A stretch of 64,000 nucleotides of DNA from Utricularia gibba (lineage: Eukaryota; Plantae; Magnoliophyta). The position numbers and the translations under genes are program-made. The notes under the pieces are model-generated. The model searched no databases. It saw nothing but the letters and a program-made list of their open reading frames with translations, and was not told where the DNA came from. This document shows positions 36,507 to 49,668 of the stretch, piece after piece; the stretch's first letter is position 1, and each line of letters begins with the position of its first letter. The stretch lies in assembly GCA_002189035.1 (NCBI GenBank), contig CM007989.1, forward strand, positions 8,432,001-8,496,000, in the 5' to 3' direction.

Positions 36507-38269
36507 ATGGACGGGAGAGAAGGAATGGCATTAGCAGGCTCCGCTGCTTATTATCTTGGTAGAGGTGTTGGTGCCAGCGGCTCAGGCCCAGTACCGGTTC
36601 ACGGAAGTGGTGGTGGTGGGTCGCCCTCTGCTCAGAATAGTAGAGTTCATCATCCAACGCCTAGTTACAAGAACAGCACAAATCCCATCATTCCATTTCA
36701 AACTAATGTTGGCCTTAGTGGAGGTGTTGCAACCAGCTCACCCTTTCATCTAGAGAATCCGCAACCTAGTTTTCCTCATAGCATGAATGCCGCTCCACTT
36801 TCAGTCGGATCACAAAGCAGTCAACCTCTGAAGAAGAAAAGGGGTAGGCCTAGGAAATATGGTCCTGGTGGGGCTAATATGGCTTTAGGTTTGTCTCCAT
36901 TGTCTGCTCCAAAGTTTTGTTCCTCTGAGGTTATCAGCTCTGGGGAGAAAGGACGCCGAGGGCGGCCTCCAGGGACAGGGTGGAAGCAGAAACTTGCTCC
37001 TCTAGGTATGTTCTTGCTGTTTCTGACTGTATGGTGTTCGTTTTTTGCTGTTCAATCTCTAATTAACTGTAAGCATGCGTTTTATCTTTTGAGGTTATAA
37101 TTGAGAAATAAATTAGTAGCTTGCTTGGGTTTGTGAATCTTAAATAGGATGAAATAGAAATAGTTGGTAGTTTTGAAATTTCTAGTCGTTATTCCTTTCA
37201 CCTTGTCATCAGAGTGAACGGGTTCTAAAAGGAGCAATTTTCTCGGCCAAGCTGTTGTGATGGCCATTGTATTCAGTCAACATCTTTGTTGTAGATTTAT
37301 TTTCTGTCCTTTTTTTCAACTTCTTCAAAGGAAATTGTGGCTAGGTTGTAGATTATTACTGCTGTTTTTCATTCCATTGTGACCATTTCGAACATTTAAC
37401 CCCATATGGCCCTGTCTTGCTAGGTGAATGGATGAACCGATCGGCTGGACTAGCCTTTACGCCACATGTCTTGCGTGTTGGAGTTGGAGAGGTATGGTGC
37501 AGATGTGTTGGCCTTGTCTGTGATAAAATGGATGAACTTGAGGAATTTTTGCCACAATTGATTTCAGGATATTTCTGGAAAGATCCTTGCATTTGCACAA
37601 CAGAGGCCAAGGGCTTTATGCATCATGTCTGCAAATGGATCAGTCTCTACTGTGACCTTGCGCCAACCAGCAAATGCTGGTGAAACCATAACATACGAGG
37701 TAAAAATTACTGGCAGGGGGATCTCATCACTTTCTCATTTATGGCTGAGATGGCGTTAACTATTGTAGGGTCGTTTCGAGATACTGTGTTTATCGGGCTC
37801 ATACTTGGTTACTGAAACTGGTGGTCCTGGTGACCGAACTGGTGGTATAAGTATTTCAGTTTGTAGTCCTGATGGTCATGTCATCGGAGGTGCAATCGGT
37901 GGTAAACTCATCGCTGCGGATCCAGTTCAGGTACAGATTCTTAAATCCATTGTAGGCAGCTCGGAGTTCACCATATCGCATCATAAAGACATGCCATGCT
38001 TATCATCTGTAGTTTCACTGCATCTGCCATTGGTTGTGCAGGTGGTTGGTTGCAGTTTTGTATACGGCAATGCAAAAGTTAAGAGTAAAGGTGATTCAGC
38101 AACAGGAAAGGAAAAACTTGTTGAACGCCCCTCCGAGAAATCTCCTGCTCCGGTTAATACCACCCCAACTCTGAGTTTCACTCCTGCATCCGGACCAAGT
38201 GTCTGGCCGCTTGTCTCCCGTTCCGAAGTTGGGAATTCGCAGAAAGACATCGACCTCACGCGTGGATGA
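36507..38269 (+). CDS. AHL14: AT-hook motif nuclear-localized protein (AHL14-like); exons 36507-37005, 37424-37491, ~37568-37699, ~37768-37930, 38042-38269
   Basis: KKKRGRPRKYGP and RGRPPG AT-hooks; PPC domain GEWMNRSAGLAFTPHV, GRFEILCLSGSY and VIGGAIGG. Confidence 0.9.
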
Positions 38270-39055
38270 TGTCAGTCAGGTTCTTTTTTGTATATACATG
38301 TTGCAGATGAAACAGCGCAAGGACGTCAGCTTGCTGTAGGTTCTGGAAGTAGTGGAACTCTTGATATAGTGTTTGTTGTATGATTATTAAGCTGTTAAAA
38401 GCAGTATCCATATGTATTGTAGGGAGATTTGTACTGATTTCGTTATTGGTTTCCTGATTCAAACTCTGAAAACCAACTCGTATAGCAGAACAACAGAGAG
38501 CTTGGGAATCCGTTGAGTTGGAATGCGGATCACCTGCCCACCTAAAACTGGTTCTTCAGAGTTGCTCGTGGTGCGCAATCCAGAGGTTTCTTTGAGGTGA
38601 AGGAAAAGTGTCTACAGTTCTGCTACTCCGTTCAACTTATTGGGTGCTGTGTGATTCTTGAGCAAAAGCGGAGGGTCGAGGCGTACGTGTGTTGGAGTGC
38701 TAGGACTGAAACCGCAGCACAAGAGAAGTTGGCCCAGCACAAGAAAAAATGGACGTGTAAGACACAACATGGCCGTTTCTCCAGGGTGTCCGACCACATA
38801 TCCCGTTTCCGCTGGTTTGGAGCCGGAGGTGGATGTTCCATGACTGGACACTGATGATGATTTTTTGACATAAGGCACACGCTACGTCAACACAACGCAA
38901 GCTTCATCGCAATTGCTCTCATCCCGGCTCAAATTTACTCCACAGGGAGGGCTACCGGATGGATACCACTACCGCGATGCCCCTCCCCTCATTCTTAATA
39001 TTATTTTGTTTCCCCACCAAAAAATAAAGAATTCAACTATTGCCATTTCCGCGAG

Positions 39056-39063
39056 TATATAAA
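39056..39063 (+). promoter_or_regulatory. TATA box of the DREB gene
   Basis: TATATAAA about 130 nt upstream of the ATG at 39194. Confidence 0.55.
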
Positions 39064-39193
39064 GGGACGGGGTGGGGGTGTCTGGCTTCATTTATTTGGG
39101 AAGCCTGAGCCAGGAGAATCGGAACCTTTGACATGTGGAAAAGAGCATCTAAACCACTTTCATAAATCTGTCTCCAGTCTGCATTATTGGAAG

Positions 39194-39865
39194 ATGGAGC
39201 CGCAGCTCCAGCCTTTCGCCGGCGGGGACCAGAGGCCAAGGAAGAGGCCCACCGACTGTGGAACTAAGCATCCGGACTACAGAGGCGTGAGGATGCGGAG
39301 CTGGGGGAAATGGGTGTCAGAAATCCGGCAGCCGCGGAAGAAAACGCGCATTTGGCTCGGAACCTATCCTACTGCGGAGATGGCGGCCCGCGCCCACGAC
39401 GTGGCTGCCATCAGCATCAAGGGATCCTCCGCGGTTCTCAATTTCCCTCATTTAAAGGACTCTCTTCCACGACCCGCCTCCCTGTCGCCTAGAGACGTGC
39501 AAGAGGCCGCAGCCAAGGCGGCGGCCATGCCCGTGGAGGACTTCACCATCACTCCTCCACTGCCACTCGCCGCCCACACCTCTCCTACTTCGGTTTCGAG
39601 TTCACGGGAGGCTAATGATGAGGATGATGATCTTGGGGAGTTAATTGAGCTGCCGAGTTTGAAGGAGATCGACGAGTGCCGGAGCGAATTCACTCAGGAG
39701 ATTGGCTCGGCGGAGGGATGGATGCAGCCGCCGTGGTGGGCGACGGCGGTAGAGAAAGACTTGTGCGAGTACTTTACCGAACAGGTGGGCGGCGGCGGTG
39801 AGAGTCTGATTAGCATCACATGCAGTTGCAGCTTCGAGACGACGGAATCATGGTGGATGAGATGA
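39194..39865 (+). CDS. AP2/ERF transcription factor, DREB A-4 (TINY-like), intronless
   Basis: [47 protein letters not shown]...LNFP; [19 protein letters not shown]. Confidence 0.93.
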   Translation: MEPQLQPFAGGDQRPRKRPTDCGTKHPDYRGVRMRSWGKWVSEIRQPRKKTRIWLGTYPTAEMAARAHDVAAISIKGSSAVLNFPHLKDSLPRPASLSPRDVQEAAAKAAAMPVEDFTITPPLPLAAHTSPTSVSSSREANDEDDDLGELIELPSLKEIDECRSEFTQEIGSAEGWMQPPWWATAVEKDLCEYFTEQVGGGGESLISITCSCSFETTESWWMR

Positions 39866-40637
39866 GATGAGATTAGCGACTCCAAACGTGTGTACCTCCT
39901 CCTGTACTTTCTGTACTCTTTCCAATTTTTCCTTTCCATTCAGTATAACTCGGCCCTTGCTGTGCCCTCATAAATAAAACCCGCAGTGTCTGTAAACACA
40001 TGAAATACAACGACAGTAGCGTTTTGCGGTTGTGGGTGGCATTGCCCTTGCTCCCTGTTTTGAAAGGCTTAAACAGAAATCTACTTCGTAAGCTGTGAGG
40101 TTGGTTATTCCGTTTGTTTGCTTTCAGTAGGCTGCTGGTGCGCAGTTATCATCGTAGAGACCAGATTGTTTGATTTATTGCGTGTCTGGGTGCGTGCGCG
40201 CCGGCGCATCTGAATGTCATGAACCAATCACACAGCCTTTGGTCAACGAGTCCGTTTGCTTCAGGGTGCAGTTTCCCATTCGATCCCAGAACTCAGAATG
40301 GTGCGTTCCAATCCATGCATCCTTGACGCCTGGGACTCGTCTCAAAGAAGTAGTCCATTTTGTTGATGATTTTACAATCTGCTTTCAAAAAGGAAAAAAG
40401 AGGCCCAATCTCACGATGTCAGACATTTGGTTGAAAAGGAAGGGAGTGACGCAGATGGAAAGTGTGTGGTGATGGGTTTCCCTTTTCAAAGAATACGGTC
40501 GCCCCCGGTCGGCCATGGGAGCCTTTGTTAACTGAGAAATCCCACCAACTTCAATGAGTATGGGGGTATGAAGATGCCACCTTCATTAATTTCGACAGAG
40601 ACGAGTGCTTCAGCGCTTTCATCCCTTGGCAAGGAAA

Positions 40638-40748
40638 GGAGAGGAGAGGAGAGGAGAGGAGGATGGCCGCAACTCCTCGACTTTTTAACATGGAGGGGTT
40701 CTTCGCCATTTGTGACTGACTGACTCACTAGCTGCTGCTGCTGCTGCT
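40638..40748. repeat. (GGAGA)4-5 at 40638-40660 and (GCT)6 at 40731-40748
   Basis: Read directly. Confidence 0.85.
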
Positions 40749-41813
40749 GATTTACAACCCCAGTGAGAGTGAATGGGTTTCTGGATGTTGACGTCCATGT
40801 CAATGCTGATTGGATAGACATCGAATGAACAGTGATCCATGGAGTCAGATCTGGCTGTCGGCAAACATCATATCGTTGAATTTGATACGTAACGGTTCAT
40901 TACTTTCCGCGACCTTTCTACCGACACATCCACAGCTTGGCATTTTGCCGACTCTTGGTTGGGTTGGTGTTGGTCATGGAGGGCGTGTTCTTCACCAGGC
41001 CGACACTCGGCTGGGCCGGACTGGGCCTTCCATGAAGCCACCACATACATATATGATCCGAAAAATGAGGGCTTACTGGTTCGCCGTCCGCATGAAACCC
41101 CTCCGGACAACATGTGTATAACGATGAATCATATTTCGGATGGTAGAAGATGATGTGATTTTACAACAGACACAACGATACGATATGTCGTGTGTTGGCA
41201 ACAACAACCGAATCCCCGCAACTTTGGTTGGTGGATGCGCGAACCTGATACATGGCATGATCACTACAACTTTTGAACAGTCGCAGGGGGCAGAATGTCC
41301 TGCTGCTATCACCATATAGAGGGGAGGGATTGGAGCCATCAAGTTGCGGGTTCCGATATCGCCACTGCCATCCACGGAGCCTGCATTGTCCAGATCCAAT
41401 CTCACACCAAAGAGCCAAACGCCGTCTCCACGGATGCTTTCCTCGGTGCCCACAGTCAAGGGCTTATCAACGAGGGTTTACAAAATGCACAGATATATAT
41501 GAGTGTGTATGTATATATATACATGTGTGTGGGATATCGATTGAGGTTGCTGAGTGGAAGGACTTTCAAGCTTGCCCGGTTCAATATTTAGGATTATTTA
41601 ATGCACAGATAGATACACTGTGCATGCATATAAATCACAGCAATCTCTGTACACGCGAGGCTGCTCTGAGCTGATGGATTTGTGTGATTTGGGGGACATG
41701 CCGCTACTATCATTCTCAGTTTGGGAGCGGGCAGATGCTACAAAAACCTTTCTAATGTACCAAATAATCAAAGGGTTTCATCTTTTGTGTCAGTGTTCCA
41801 TGAATGAATGAGC

Positions 41814-43980
41814 TCATCTGAGAGGGCTGACAACCCACCCTGTGATGGGATTCTTCCGCCGGATTTTATGTGATCCTCCCGCGTTCTGTAGCCTCGCTAC
41901 TATGGAGTAGGTGATGGTATCCGGAGACAGACCCTGTCCCCTCAGCTTTGCATACATATCCACAGCTTCTGCTGTTCTTCCACTCCTCTCAAGGCAATCC
42001 ATCAAAATGTTGTATGTAACAATGTTGGGCCAACATCCTTCACTAACCATTTGATTCAACAGCTCGCAGGCCATCTCAACTTTATCACTTTTACCAAAGC
42101 ATTCAATCAACGTGCTGTAGGTCACCACATCCGGACTCATCCCTTTCTCCTGCATTTCTTTGAACCTCATGTGCGCTTCACCAAGCTCTCCGTTTTTCCC
42201 CAGGCAGTTGATCAGGGAGTTGTACGATACCACGTCTGGCTTGCACTCACTGCTCTCCAGCTCTTCGAAAATTCTAACCGCCTCTTCCACTCTTCCAGCA
42301 CGCCCCATACTGGAAATCAGAATGTTGTATGTGAAAATGTCTGGTGGAGGACCCTCTCGTTTCATCCTCTCGTATAGATCCAGAAGGTGCGGTACCTGCT
42401 TCAATCTGCCCAGACATGATAAAACAGTATTGTACATCAACGTATCCGTAAAAACACCCCTTTCATGAACCTTGCTGAGCATCTCCATGGCCTCAATAAA
42501 TTTCCCTGCGCCGCACAGGCTCTCAACCATGGAGAGGTAGGCATCCCTGTCTCCCTGGTCGTGGAAACGCCACATATTACAAAACAGCCTGTGTGATTCA
42601 TTAGAATGGCCTAGTCTGCTTAGCGTTCTCACAAGGAACGCATAGATTGACTTGTTCATGTACTCTCTTGATAACTCCACGACCTCATCGATCCGACCAA
42701 GCTGCCCCTCTGAAGCTAGCACATTGAGAATTAGACTGTATGTGAACTCATTAGGCCTGCAATTGTTCTCCACCATCTTGGAGAAAACAACCATGCTTTT
42801 GTTTGCCAATCGACTCCTAACGAGAGCCTCAATCATTGTATTATATACCATAGTATTGAGCTTGCAACCCTTTGAGAGCATCTCTTCAAACAAAGTCAAT
42901 GCATCATTTGGTTTGCCCAATCTTCCATACATTCTTATCAAAATTGTGTACGTATATTCATCAAGGTTACAATGCTTCCTCTTCATGTGTTCAACAATCA
43001 GGAAAACCTGATCAACCTGACAAGATGCTGCAGCATATCAGGCAATTAGATTCTTCAGGAAATCACAGCTTCAACTAAATTCTTTGAACACTCTCAAGGG
43101 GAAAACATATCAGTTCACGGTTTCCAGCAGAGCAACATATAACATCGATTGTGAGAAACACGCTTCTTAACAATCAAACACACCGAAAAACTAACATTGG
43201 AAACACATAAAGCTTTTATATGCCGGCAAAAAATCTAACCTTTTCATATTTTGCAAGCGCATGAAGAAGCATGTTGTACCCCAGGATATCAAGTTGGTAA
43301 CTTTTCCTCCACATCTCGTTGTAAACTTTCCATGCTTCATCTGGATCCCCCGCCCTCAAATATGCTTGCACGAGACACTTATAGGTGTAGCACGTCAAGG
43401 TCAAATCCCATCTCTTTACCAAATCCATGCACCTCTTCAATCCATCGACACCATCAAAAGCACCGATAAGTATGTTGACAGTAGATATTTTACCTGCAGC
43501 TCCCGATTTCTCCATCAAATTGAGAACTTCATTGATCTTATCAATCTTGTCCTGGAGGCTTGAATTAGACAGAATCACAAAAATGCGGTTGTAAGTGAAT
43601 GCATCGTGCCGGAATCGGGGTAAATGTGACGAGCAGTAATGGAAAAATTGAAGAGCTATTTCTGGGGATTTGAGGGCTTTGAGAATTTCGGATACTTCCG
43701 ATGGAGTTGGGGTCACATTGAGCGTTTGAAGGTACTCGGAGAGATCAAGGAAGGGGTCAGGAGATGAACTCAGCAATATTTTCGCTGCCTTGCAGATGAG
43801 GTCCCGACGAGGTAAAGGGTAGCCGCGAACGTCGGAGATAATCGGCGGAGAGGAGACGCATATTTCCAAGGCGGAGAAGTTTCCCTTCTTGGACGTCGTT
43901 ACGACCTTTCCAGTATACTTGGTGGCATAGCCTCGGCTCAGGTAGACGGTGAGACGGCGGTGGCGGAGGCAGCGGCGCAT
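41814..43980 (-). CDS. ABO5: P-class PPR protein, mitochondrial, ABO5-like; exons 43980-43240, 43016-41814
   Basis: Tandem PPR repeats (PDIFTYNILISSMGRAG, PDVVSYNSLINCLGKNG). YATKY...SDVRGYPLPRRDLIC and the C-terminal RRKNPITGWVVSPL match At1g51965 from memory. Confidence 0.88.
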
Positions 43981-44521
43981 TTCAGGGCACGAGTATGTGA
44001 GAGGAGTGGAACTGACTGAAACGTGACATCCCTATGTTAAAGACGCTTTTAGCGCCCAGCGAATATACTTTGTAAGGAATTTATCGGATGAAACTGTAGA
44101 TAAGAAGCTGATGTCTTCCTTCAGTTACATCTTACAATCCTGCACACGCACACAGAGAGAGAGCCGCAGAATGACCGACTGCTCCGAGGAAACAAAAACC
44201 TACACCTTCAGAGCTGATAGGAATATGACACCATTAAGAGTTGAGGCTTTAATTGCCATAACATGGGACACAAGTTATTTCTATGGATTTGATGTGACAC
44301 CATGCAAATCCAACCATACCAAAAGAGGGAGAAAGGGAGATGGTCATAGGAGAAGTCCTAAAGAGAAAGGAAAAAAGGCCATCAGTAAGGCCAAGCTGAC
44401 ATACGTGAAGAGCAGAGCAGCTCCTAACTTGTGCAGGCAACATAAATAATACCAAAGGTGGCTGCGTCAGGCGTACTTGCTTATAAGTGAGTAGTTCCAT
44501 GAGAAAGGTTACGATAAGACC

Positions 44522-46724
44522 TCAGAGTTCATCGTGAGGAAGATCTCTAGAATGCAACGGAGTTGGCTTCTGATTATCAGCAAGGTACATTACGGCCAGG
44601 GATGCGTGAAGTGCAGCACCTAATGGGAGTCCGTTTTCATCGATTCTGAAATATGGCGAGTGTGCTGAGAAGGGCTTGCTGAGAGTTGGATCCTTCATCC
44701 CGACAAAAAGGAAATAACCTCGCATTTTTTCGAGATAGAACGAGAAATCTTCCGATCCCATGACTGGTTGCATCTCCTTAACTGCAGCAACACCGAACAT
44801 GTCCCCTGCAACATTTCGAAATAACTTGTGCATCCCTTCATCGTTAACCACAGGTGGGAAGAAAGGCTTATCTTCTGAATCAAAGGTCACGGTTGCATTG
44901 CATCTCTGCACCACAGCTTGTCCAATGATAACCTGCTCTATTCGCTGCTTAATTTGTTCAAGTTTCTCCACTGAAAATGCTCGGAAAGTGCCTCCAATGG
45001 TGACAGAGTCTGGAATAACATTGAATGTACCACCGCCTCCATGGAATTGAGAAACTGTAATAACCTGTCCAAAGGAATCGTCAGTTCTGTAATCAAACTA
45101 CAAAGTAGGAGACCTCTTTAATGTGGCAGTGCGGAGTCAGTTGCTTGGATACGACCCAGTGAAAACTCGCTTATTAGATCTGATCTTGAATTTTTCTAAA
45201 GTCAGTTTGCGGTGCCACTTTGGTCAATGGATGAAAAAGATAATGACCAACCCAACTCCAACTGCTAATTTGTACCTGAGAATCAAGAGGATCGGCTTCT
45301 CGAGAGACAATCTGTTGCAAGCTGACAACAACATTCGAGGCAGCTAATATGGGTCTATGGCCTGTTGGGGTATAGCAGCATGGCCTCCTTTTCCATTGAT
45401 CACAGCATGAAACTGGCCACTCCCTGCTAGAATTGGACCAGGCCTAGATGCAACTTCACCCACTGGTAATGTACTGTAGGAATGGATGCCAAAAATGGCC
45501 TCTACATTCTTAAGCACGCCAGCTTCCATAATAATTTTCGCCCCTCCACCTCCTTCCTCTGCTGGTTGGAAAACCAGAACAACAGTCCCCTGTATCACCA
45601 TAAAACAACCTTGATGAAAAGTCCTCCTATACAACACCCCATGGTGCAAAGATTATTGCTCTTTGGTAAAAGGAGCATCTGAAGATCGGTAACTCTCAAT
45701 TTAAATCCAGAGTCATACTGGGCATGGAAGCATAAGAAGAAGTAGGCCATTCATTCACAAAAGTGTGACAAAGGAATCGGCTGGTGATTGGAAAGAGACG
45801 CAAACCTTTAAAAGTTGAACATTATCATGAAGAATTTTAGCAGCACCAAGGAGCATTGCAACATGAGCATCGTGTCCACAAGCATGCATCAGTCCAGGTT
45901 TCCTACTCTTATGCTTCCACTCCACCTTTTCCTATTTGAAGCAAATGCCATTTAATATTCATCCGTATGACAAGAAAACTATGTTACCATAACGGACGGT
46001 TGACATGATTGGTCGACTCATACCACTCTATATTCGTGTGTTTTGGCCAGTTCATATACAGCTCAGAACCATGGATCTAAACTAAACAACGAGTCATGTT
46101 TGGAGGGACTGGTTGATGATCGAGCCTTTTCGACACTGTAGCGTGCCATAGACTAAAACCCCATCACCATAACAGTTTTGTTTAAATAACAGAGAAATTA
46201 ACGCGTAGAGCATGAAGTAAGCTGGGAGAGGGAGGACACCATAGCGCGGGAGACTCAGATATAAAACTGCAATATCTCTAAAAAGAGAACGATCTCAAAA
46301 AAGCTATCTAAGAACTCAACAATTAAAGATCTAGAGAAGTTTAAAGGATGAAGGATGCAACCTCCACTCGAAGAGCATCCATATCTGCCCTTATTGCAAC
46401 AACGGGAGGTTCCCCTGTCCCAATATAACCGATTACACCAGTAACTGCTACAGGATAGGTGTACTTAATTCCCATCTTATCCAGCTCTTCTCTAATCAGT
46501 TTACTGGTCTCGAATTCTTGAAAGCCTAATTCAGGATTTTCGTGTATTTTTCTTCTGATGCCTACCATCCAATCGAAAACATCGGATTTATTTGCTGCCG
46601 CGAGAAAATATTTGGGGGTCTCCGATGGCTGTGACGGATTCAGACTCGAGTTTGCGAAGATGGGTTTGGAAAAATACGTCAGGATGAAGAAAATCGAGAG
46701 GATCAGCTTCCAACAAACCACCAT
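44522..46724 (-). CDS. IAR3: IAA-amino acid hydrolase (ILR1-like, IAR3/ILL4 type; M20); exons 46724-46362, 45931-45806, 45589-45276, 45064-44522; apparent -1 frameshift near 45351
   Basis: [68 protein letters not shown] and C-terminal HDEL. Confidence 0.9.
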
Positions 46725-47317
46725 CTTCTGGGTTCAAAAGCAAAAGCATGCAGAACTTGAGCTAATCTGTCCCAGAGCCCAAGCTAAGATTTCGTACAAA
46801 ACCTCTGCCGGAAATACCGTCAGCACATTCAACAGAAACACTGTCTAGCCGTCACTCAAGTTAGTCGGGTTGCTAAAACCAGAATAGCTCCACACCTATC
46901 AATTTTAGGTGTGATTGGATTTCAGTGGTCCCCTGGTGGTCCGCGTAGCCACACGCTCATCTATTTTGTTGAATACAGGTATGGATGAAGGATCATACCC
47001 AGCCGGATTCATAGTTTGGAGTTTGAACTGGATCAACCAAACGGAATAGGGGTCGCCCAGATTATTTCCAAACGCTCTGGGGCATACATGGAATTCCCTA
47101 AGGCGCATCCTCCCAGGCAGCTCCGGCCACACATGCGATGAACTTTGTTTAGTACATTATGATACCCAGAAAAAAAAAAAAAAAGGTTCTACGCACTTGA
47201 AGCAGTCGTGTGCTGCCAATGTAAAGCTATAAATGTCTCCTTGATACAGTACAACAAAAATTCAAGATGCATACGCCTCATCCTATCGGAAGGCGCATGC
47301 TGTGGGGGAAAAAGGGC

Positions 47318-49668
47318 TTAATTGCCTCTTCTTGAAGAATGGGCGGATGAATCTGATTTTTCAGCCAGATAGTGTTCAAGCATATCTTCTTCATCATCTG
47401 CGTACCAAATACAGGAGTAGATACTTTAGTCATTTGCAAGAAACTAACAAAGTCTGAAAATGATAAAGAATGCATGTTACCTTCAAAGTCATCATCAAAA
47501 TCAATATCCTCCGTGTCTTCATCCGAAACATCTTCAACAGGTACCCCGCCTTTCTGCAATCAACAGATCGACCATATAAATACCATCACAGAGCATCATG
47601 ACAAAGTAGGTCGAAGAAGGGCTCCAAATTCCCATAACGATGATCCAAAGAATGGCTTACAGAGGCGGCTCTTCCACTCTCGAACCATTGCCTTCCTGTG
47701 AGCTTTTTCTCCTTGGTTGCAGTAAGAGCCGAATCAGGCATCAACCTAGGAATAAAAGAATTAGGGAAGTTCTGAATGAGCTGAATCAGGAACTAGGAAG
47801 TTGAAAGTAGTTTTATTTTCCGGTTTATGACGAGCTTTCTAAATAAAATTCTACATGAGATTTGGTTTTTGATAACAATTTAAAGACAAACAGAATCTTT
47901 AATTGACAAACTACCATTTAAGACACTATCACTTACAGTTGAAGAGTTAAATTAACGACTGAAACTCACTTGGCTCTTTCGAGTGCTAATTCAGCTTCAT
48001 ATTTCTCCCTCCAAGCCAAAAATGTGTCTACTGTTACTGGTTCTCCATGTGGTATGACAATCTGAAAAGAAAAAGGATACACAGATCACCGAATTGAGTT
48101 GACCCAGTAGTCAGGCGTATGGGGTTGAAAGATGTACTGTGCATTCTCATCGGCGATGTGTCTACTGGAGAAGGAAGTGGGCAAGCCCGTGCCTATGGTG
48201 GCAGAAATAGTTCTTGTCTTTAAAAAAATTAGTCGCTAGGTACAAAAAACACTTCTTTTGTTGCTTCGAGCAAGCAGTTGTCTCTATGCTAGAATAAAGG
48301 TTAAAAAAAATAACCTCATCTTTCGTAGACACATCTTCTGTCGTATCATCCAAACCAGAATCATGAGAATATCTTTCAGAAAGCCATTCCTTAGCTGATG
48401 CGACCAATGTGTAGATCATGGCCATACCAAGATTGTCATTTGCCTGTAAGGTCCATGAGACATTCAAGTGCGCATTAAAAAGGGTCGTATGCCATTATAT
48501 ATCAGGTTCAAGGGGCAACTTCAGTTGATCAATGGAGCAGGTTACGCTCGTTGTAACAGAATTAGGTAGCAGATTTCACATAAGGAGGCATCATGCTATT
48601 AAATATAAATGCGATAATTTAACAAAGCTCCAGGTCTTACCTCTTGTTCCAACTTTTCCTTCAGAGCTTTAAGTTCCCCAGGTTGAATACCCTTTAAACT
48701 AAATTCAGATAAATAGAATTTTAGGATTTTAGGTCTGCTTAGCAGAAAAGACTAACCAAATAAAGAGTGAATAAACTCAAAGACAACACTTAAGTAAAAG
48801 ACAGATGAAACCTTTTCAACTTGAGAAGTGGGGGTTCATCAGGATAGTTTTCTGTATGCGAAAAAATCAAGGCTAGTTGAACTGCCAAAAACACCCGGCC
48901 TCAGATTAACAAGAAGCAATACTTGAAGATCATCATATAAGCTATCAAACCTGATGAACCAGTTGGTTCGTCTGACTCATTATCCTGTTTGAGAAAAAAG
49001 GAAAAGGAACGTACTCCTTTAGGTGGGAGATGAATAAGAAAGATAGCAAACATCCATCCTTCAGGACAGATGGATATAGGAAAAACATAATTTACCTGAG
49101 GAGAAAGTGTTATCTGGAAGCATCGAGAGGAAGTAACTAGATCACTTTCACTAGAACGAATTTCTGGTAAATCAAAATTATCAAGAAAAATGACTCATTA
49201 CACCTAGTCCCAGCAGATTTTCTAGGGAAAGAAAAACAAGAAAAACAAGAAAAACAAGAAAAACAAGAAAACCAAGACTGTGTATCTGAAGTGCAACATA
49301 CCCCTAAAATCATCCATTAAAATTGCTTCTAAAGCTTCGATCTCCATGTCTTGCTCTTGTTGATAGTCTGCCCAAAAAAGCATTTGTGATAATAAAGACC
49401 ACAGCTTTACAACTGCTAAGGAAAGGTACATCCACGAAAATGCATTGACGAACGACTCTCAATCAAAGCACATCAGCAATAGTAGCTCAACGCCTTTAAT
49501 AGAATTTTGAGTAGCGAGTGCGGCGCGAGTAACAGTAATAAATCATTCCCTGGAATCCACTTCTTAAATTTTCAATCTTTTTGCTTTTTTTTTAGGAGAT
49601 CATGAACAGAAAATGTTCTTTTTTATGATGAACAATAAAGAACCGAAGATAATGAACTTACCAGTCAT
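47318..49668 (-). CDS. RWD-domain protein (RWDD1/GIR2-like), 11 exons, first coding exon 7 nt (ATGACTG)
   Basis: MTDYQQEQDMEIEALEAILMDDF, YPDEPPLL, NLGMAMIYTLV, PHGEPVTVDTFLAWREKYEAE, KLTGRQWFESG. Confidence 0.92.
49231..49270. repeat. (GAAAAACAA)4 short tandem repeat in an RWD intron
   Basis: Read directly. Confidence 0.85.

Noticed and set aside
41073-41459. 128-codon minus ORF containing WLFGV (R/KLFGV repressor-like motif)
   Set aside because: Single short motif, no ATG start and no other family features.
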